This document shows positions 57,127 through 61,524 of a stretch of 61,524 bases of DNA, piece by piece. The stretch is from Candidatus Parcubacteria bacterium. GTDB taxonomy: Bacteria > Patescibacteriota > Saccharimonadia > Saccharimonadales > 2-12-FULL-41-12. Below the pieces are notes generated by a model. It searched no databases. It was not told the origin of the DNA and saw only the letters and a list, made by a program, of their open reading frames with translations. Every line of letters begins with the position of its first letter. Position 1 is the stretch's first letter. The stretch lies in assembly GCA_019347895.1 (NCBI GenBank), contig JAHWKM010000004.1, positions 1 to 61,524 on the forward strand, read 5' to 3'. A program made the translations under genes and the position numbers.

Positions 57127-59769
57127 ATGGCGGAGGATGTGAGTCGGAAAAGATTAGCTATTATTGACGGGAAGAGCGTTTTTTATCGCGGTTATTACGC
57201 CATGCCCAATCTTTCTACCAAAGACGGTACCCCGACCGGCGGGGTTTACGGCTTCGCAGTTATGGCACTGGAGGTTATCAAACGGCTTGATCCGGATTAC
57301 GTTTGCGTAGCCTGGGACAAGCCCAAGACCAATATCCGCAAGCGCCTGGAGATTTACCCCGAGTACAAAGCCGGTCGCAAACCGGCGCCAGCGGATTTTT
57401 ATGAACAAATTCCGTTGCTCCAGGAACTTTTAGAGGCTTTTGGATGGCCGCTCTATGAACTGGATGATTACGAAGCGGATGACATTATGGGCACGCTGGC
57501 CGTACAAGCTAGAGACCAAGGACTGGACACGGCACTCATTACCAGCGACCTGGACATGCTGCAAGTAATTAACGGTAACGTGCATGTTTACGCGCTAAAA
57601 AAGGGTCTAAGTAATATAGAATTATTTCACCCGGAAAGTTTTGAAGCCAAATACGGGATTAAGGTTGATCAATTTTTGGACCTTAAATCGCTAAAAGGCG
57701 ACAGCTCCGACAACATTCCGGGCGCACCGGGAATCGGTGAAAAAGGCGCGGTGGAATTGCTGCAAAAATACAAAACTATCGAGGGGGTGTATGACAATTT
57801 ACCGCTTATAAAAGATTCTATGCGCAAAAAGTTGGAAGCCGGCAAAGAGTCGGTTTATTTAAGTAAAAAAATTGCCGCTATCTGGACCGACGCGCCAATA
57901 AAGCTTGATTTAGCGGAGGTTGATGGAAGCAAATGCAGTCCGGCTGATGTTCAAAACGTACTGCAAAAGTTGGAGTTTAGAACTCTCGCCCGCCAGCTTC
58001 CGGAGTATATGCACCTGCCTGAACAAAAAGAGGCGGATGAAATGATAAAGCTTAAAATGCCGGAGTCCACTAATATAAAAACTAATGAGGATTTGAAAAA
58101 GCTTAGTTTGCCTAAAACCGACGAGCTGGTAATATCAGCTATCTCCAATAAACCGCATGGCCGTGAACCGGCGTTTTTGACAATTTCTCCAGACGATAAA
58201 ATTGCTATTTCATTTGATTTGCTCCTGCTGGATCCTAAATTAATCCAAGAAAAATTAAAGTCCTACATAGAGCAAACTGCTCTGGTCGGCTACAACCTCA
58301 AGGCTATAATGCAAATACTTTTCAGTCTCGGGATATATCCAAAAAAAGTCGGACATGACGTGGAGATAGGTGCGTTTTTGCTAAACCCGCTAAAACGGTC
58401 AAATAGCCTAAGCGAAATGACGGAAACCGAGCTGGGATTTCAGCTCTCCAGCCTGGATATTTTAGACGGCCATAATGCGGCGGCGGAAAATTCCGCAGCC
58501 ATCCGCAAACTGGCTGAATTACAAAAAACTGAACTGAATAAATTTCCAAAAATGCAAAAATTAACTAAAGAAGTAGAGTGGCCGATTTTGTCCGTTCTGG
58601 CAGAAATGGAGCATTTAGGCATAAAACTGGATGTTGAATATTTGCGGGAGTTTTCCGAACAATTAAAAGATTCAATTTCGGATATTGAGCAGGAAATTTA
58701 CGGGCATGCCGACCAGGAGTTTAATATAGCCAGTCCGGCTCAGTTAGCTGACATTTTATTTAACAAATTAAATCTACCGGCAGCGAATATAAAGAAGGGT
58801 AAAACAGGCTATTCAACGGCAGCTAACGAACTCGACAAGCTGCGCGCCGTCCACCCTATTATAGACTTGATTACTCAATACCGGGAAATAACAAAACTTA
58901 TGAATACATATGTTGAGCCGCTGCCAGCCATAGTAGATGAAAATAACCGCCTGCATACCACCTATAGCCTGACTGTTGCTCAAACCGGCCGCCTATCCAG
59001 CCATGATCCAAACCTGCAGAATATACCGGTCAGGTCGGATTTGGGCCGCAAAATACGCTCGGCATTTTTAGCTGACACCGGGAAGGTTTTAATCGGCGCG
59101 GATTATAGCCAGTTTGAACTGCGCTTGGCCGCCCTGCTAGCTGACGATAAAGATTTAATCGACATGTTTAACCGCGACGTCGACGTGCATTTGGCAACTG
59201 CCGCGCAAATTTACGGACGGCAACCGGAGGATGTTACCAAAAACATGCGCCGCCAGGCTAAGGTCGTTAACTTCGGCATAATGTACGGTTTAAGTCCGCA
59301 CGGATTAGCCGTGGCTGCCAATATGACTCGCGAGGCGGCAAAAAATTTCATTGAAAAATATTTCGAAGTCCGGCCGAAATTGGTTGCCTATATTGCTAAA
59401 GTAAAAAAAGACGCCGCCGATGACGGTTATGTCGAAACGCTTTTCGGCCGCCGCCGCCCGACGCCTGACGTGCATTCGTCTAATTTTATGGTTCGGGAAG
59501 CCGCTTATCGGGCTGCCGTGAACATGCCATTCCAAGGCACGGCTGCCGACATTATGAAGCTGTCAATGGTCAAAGTCAGGGAATATTTAGAAGATTATCC
59601 AGAGGCTAAATTATTGCTGCAAATTCATGACTCCATATTGATAGAAGCGCCAGAGGACCAAGCCAATCAATTAGCCAAAGAAATAAAACGGGTAATGGAA
59701 GATGCCCACAAACTAGAAGTTAAACTTACGGTGGATACCTCAATCGGCAGCAATTGGGGCGAACTCTAA
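57127..59769 (+). CDS. polA: DNA polymerase I
   Basis: 5'-3' exonuclease motifs (EADD, GDSSDNIPG); TGRLSS.DPNLQNIP, DYSQFELR, QIHD. Confidence 0.98.
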   Translation: MAEDVSRKRLAIIDGKSVFYRGYYAMPNLSTKDGTPTGGVYGFAVMALEVIKRLDPDYVCVAWDKPKTNIRKRLEIYPEYKAGRKPAPADFYEQIPLLQELLEAFGWPLYELDDYEADDIMGTLAVQARDQGLDTALITSDLDMLQVINGNVHVYALKKGLSNIELFHPESFEAKYGIKVDQFLDLKSLKGDSSDNIPGAPGIGEKGAVELLQKYKTIEGVYDNLPLIKDSMRKKLEAGKESVYLSKKIAAIWTDAPIKLDLAEVDGSKCSPADVQNVLQKLEFRTLARQLPEYMHLPEQKEADEMIKLKMPESTNIKTNEDLKKLSLPKTDELVISAISNKPHGREPAFLTISPDDKIAISFDLLLLDPKLIQEKLKSYIEQTALVGYNLKAIMQILFSLGIYPKKVGHDVEIGAFLLNPLKRSNSLSEMTETELGFQLSSLDILDGHNAAAENSAAIRKLAELQKTELNKFPKMQKLTKEVEWPILSVLAEMEHLGIKLDVEYLREFSEQLKDSISDIEQEIYGHADQEFNIASPAQLADILFNKLNLPAANIKKGKTGYSTAANELDKLRAVHPIIDLITQYREITKLMNTYVEPLPAIVDENNRLHTTYSLTVAQTGRLSSHDPNLQNIPVRSDLGRKIRSAFLADTGKVLIGADYSQFELRLAALLADDKDLIDMFNRDVDVHLATAAQIYGRQPEDVTKNMRRQAKVVNFGIMYGLSPHGLAVAANMTREAAKNFIEKYFEVRPKLVAYIAKVKKDAADDGYVETLFGRRRPTPDVHSSNFMVREAAYRAAVNMPFQGTAADIMKLSMVKVREYLEDYPEAKLLLQIHDSILIEAPEDQANQLAKEIKRVMEDAHKLEVKLTVDTSIGSNWGEL

Positions 59770-59775
59770 GTCATT

Positions 59776-60034
59776 GTTCTTGCGACCAAGAACCAAGTCG
59801 TTCCTTTTTTGTCTGAAAAAAAGAACCGAAAAAGCAGACAGCAGGTTGCCAAACGCTACTGTTTGAGATACCAGGCTGGTTGGTTAGGCAAAAAACGTCC
59901 CTTCGGGGCCGGTCCTGTTCTATTTTATTTAATGAGCGAACAGGACTAGCTTTTGCCTAAGCCATTCCAAGCAGCCTGATTCAAGCCAATCGGTTTTATC
60001 AATGCTGGCTAAAAGCATGATTGTCTAAACTTCG
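59776..60034 (-). repeat. Family C structured element
   Basis: Inverted homolog of 46305-46598; between convergent genes. Confidence 0.85.
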
Positions 60035-60055
60035 GTGCAGGCTCCCTAAAATTAA

Positions 60056-60673
60056 TTAATCAATCGCATCGGTCTCAATTAATAAACTTATGTATACGCC
60101 GTAGTATACGGTTAATTTAATTCTGTTTTTTAGCTTAGCAGTCTTAGAGAATCCTAATCCATACTCTTTTAATTTTTGCCTATTATTATCAAAGAATTTT
60201 TCGAATGCATTATTTAATAACTCGTGACGAATTCCAGATATGTTTGAGATTATATTGTCTGCCATCAAATAGTTAAACATTACTTCTCTCGCGGGTTCTT
60301 TATCTTTATCAAAATTACTAACTTTTTCTTCATCGGTGCTTAATACCCATATAAGCGACCCCAGTAAAATTGCTCTTTGATACATATTTTCAAGTAAAGT
60401 TACCAAATCGGTAGTTTCTGCTGATTGCCTTGAATCTTCCGAGTTGTCAGAAACTATTTTCGCATACCAAGAACAGGATTTGTATATACTAGATTCATAT
60501 TCGTTGAATTGATTTAACTCTTTAGTATCTACAGTGCCTAAAATACGCTTAATCCTTTTAACCTGGATGTTCTGTAAAGGACTTATCTTCTTAATTCTTT
60601 TTACGTCATTTACTTCTACAAACTGGGTAAGACCGTATTCGTCTAGCAATGTAGTTAGTGGTTCTGTTGACAT
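60056..60673 (-). CDS. AT-rich orphan protein
   Basis: 205-aa ORF, TATAAT 6 nt before ATG. Confidence 0.65.
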   Translation of the reverse strand: MSTEPLTTLLDEYGLTQFVEVNDVKRIKKISPLQNIQVKRIKRILGTVDTKELNQFNEYESSIYKSCSWYAKIVSDNSEDSRQSAETTDLVTLLENMYQRAILLGSLIWVLSTDEEKVSNFDKDKEPAREVMFNYLMADNIISNISGIRHELLNNAFEKFFDNNRQKLKEYGLGFSKTAKLKNRIKLTVYYGVYISLLIETDAID

Positions 60674-60794
60674 TTTATGATTATAGCAATAAATGGATCT
60701 TAAAATTTACGAATCTGTCCATTAAGAGGTAGCCAGTTGTATCAGAAAGAAGTTGTAGGTTGGAGACAGTAATGACAGCACGGCTACTAACTAC

Positions 60795-61334
60795 CTATTC
60801 TAAGTTTTCTCGCTTAATTTTAAACGTTTTTAAGATCTGTTCTTGATCTTGCGCCACTTCTTCACCGGCGAATTTGTACCCTAATTGATTACCGATAGCT
60901 TTTAGTATCCTAATCTTCTCTGTTATGGTTTCGTCTTTGTTGTTTTTCTTTTCATAATTCTGCACAACTTTTACCGCCATGCGTTTATTTAAAATAGAGC
61001 TCAAATATCGCCACACAGCAAGGTATAAGATTAAGATCAACAGGCATACAATAAATGTTCTTAATGGATATGATTGCGAATTGTCAACAGAAGATGTAAT
61101 GATTAAAAAATAGCCAATTATTTGGAGTAGAAAACCAACTCCAATCCCAAATAAACCAAAAATTGCTTCAGTGCGAACCTTGATAAAGTTTGCAATTTTT
61201 GGAGCATCCCAACCCAAACGTGCTGAACTAATCGTAAGAATAGCTGATTCATTTAAAATCAAACCCTTTGACAAGAAGAAAACACCTATGATATCCATAA
61301 AGATACCGATAATAAACAGTGACTCGACTCCCAT
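60795..61334 (-). CDS. AT-rich membrane protein (3 TM)
   Basis: TATAAT 7 nt before ATG at 61334; G..LQIIG motif. Confidence 0.6.
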   Translation of the reverse strand: MGVESLFIIGIFMDIIGVFFLSKGLILNESAILTISSARLGWDAPKIANFIKVRTEAIFGLFGIGVGFLLQIIGYFLIITSSVDNSQSYPLRTFIVCLLILILYLAVWRYLSSILNKRMAVKVVQNYEKKNNKDETITEKIRILKAIGNQLGYKFAGEEVAQDQEQILKTFKIKRENLE

Positions 61335-61524
61335 GGCTATTATTATAAGCCTCAATACCGGGTTTATCTTTGGATCATATATTAATCATCGGAAAATAAG
61401 GTTTTTCGATTCTGCTTTTGTACAGGCCTCTGTAGGTTCCTGATGAGCTTCGTTGTCAACAAGCACAATTATTAATGAGGAAGTGTTTGAAGCTTTTTCT
61501 TTCCTTGGGAATTATTAAGAAAAA

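Overview
This 61.5-kb window is a chromosomal segment, most likely from a Candidatus Saccharibacteria (TM7, Patescibacteria/CPR) genome in genetic code 11. That call is inferred from gene style and content, not from a marker gene. The left end holds a divergent T4SS-like locus: a partial VirB6-like gene missed by the ORF track and seven tandem VirB2/TrbC-like pilins. The rest is housekeeping (valS, tsaD, murE, groES/EL with tandem CIRCE, argS, orn, dnaG-rpoD, polA), four tRNAs and one tRNA-derived chimera, a RelE/RHH toxin-antitoxin pair, and scattered orphan genes. It also carries metabolism unusual for CPR: trpR-trpB-trpA with a TrpR operator, aroB, folK-folP, archaeal-type ppcA plus an aminotransferase, and solA. 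The most striking unexplained structure lies between genes. Many genes have a -10 box only 6-8 nt before the ATG, suggesting leaderless mRNAs. Several unrelated families of hairpin/MITE-like elements sit at start codons, and nearly every sense copy carries a short ORF that ends on or within a few nt of the downstream ATG ('translational bridges'). The window also contains a covarying ~170-bp repeat family (5 copies), a larger ~290-580-bp structured repeat family (3 copies), a remodelled FMN-riboswitch-like RNA, and an Arg-codon attenuator upstream of argS. All alignments and pairings were done by eye.
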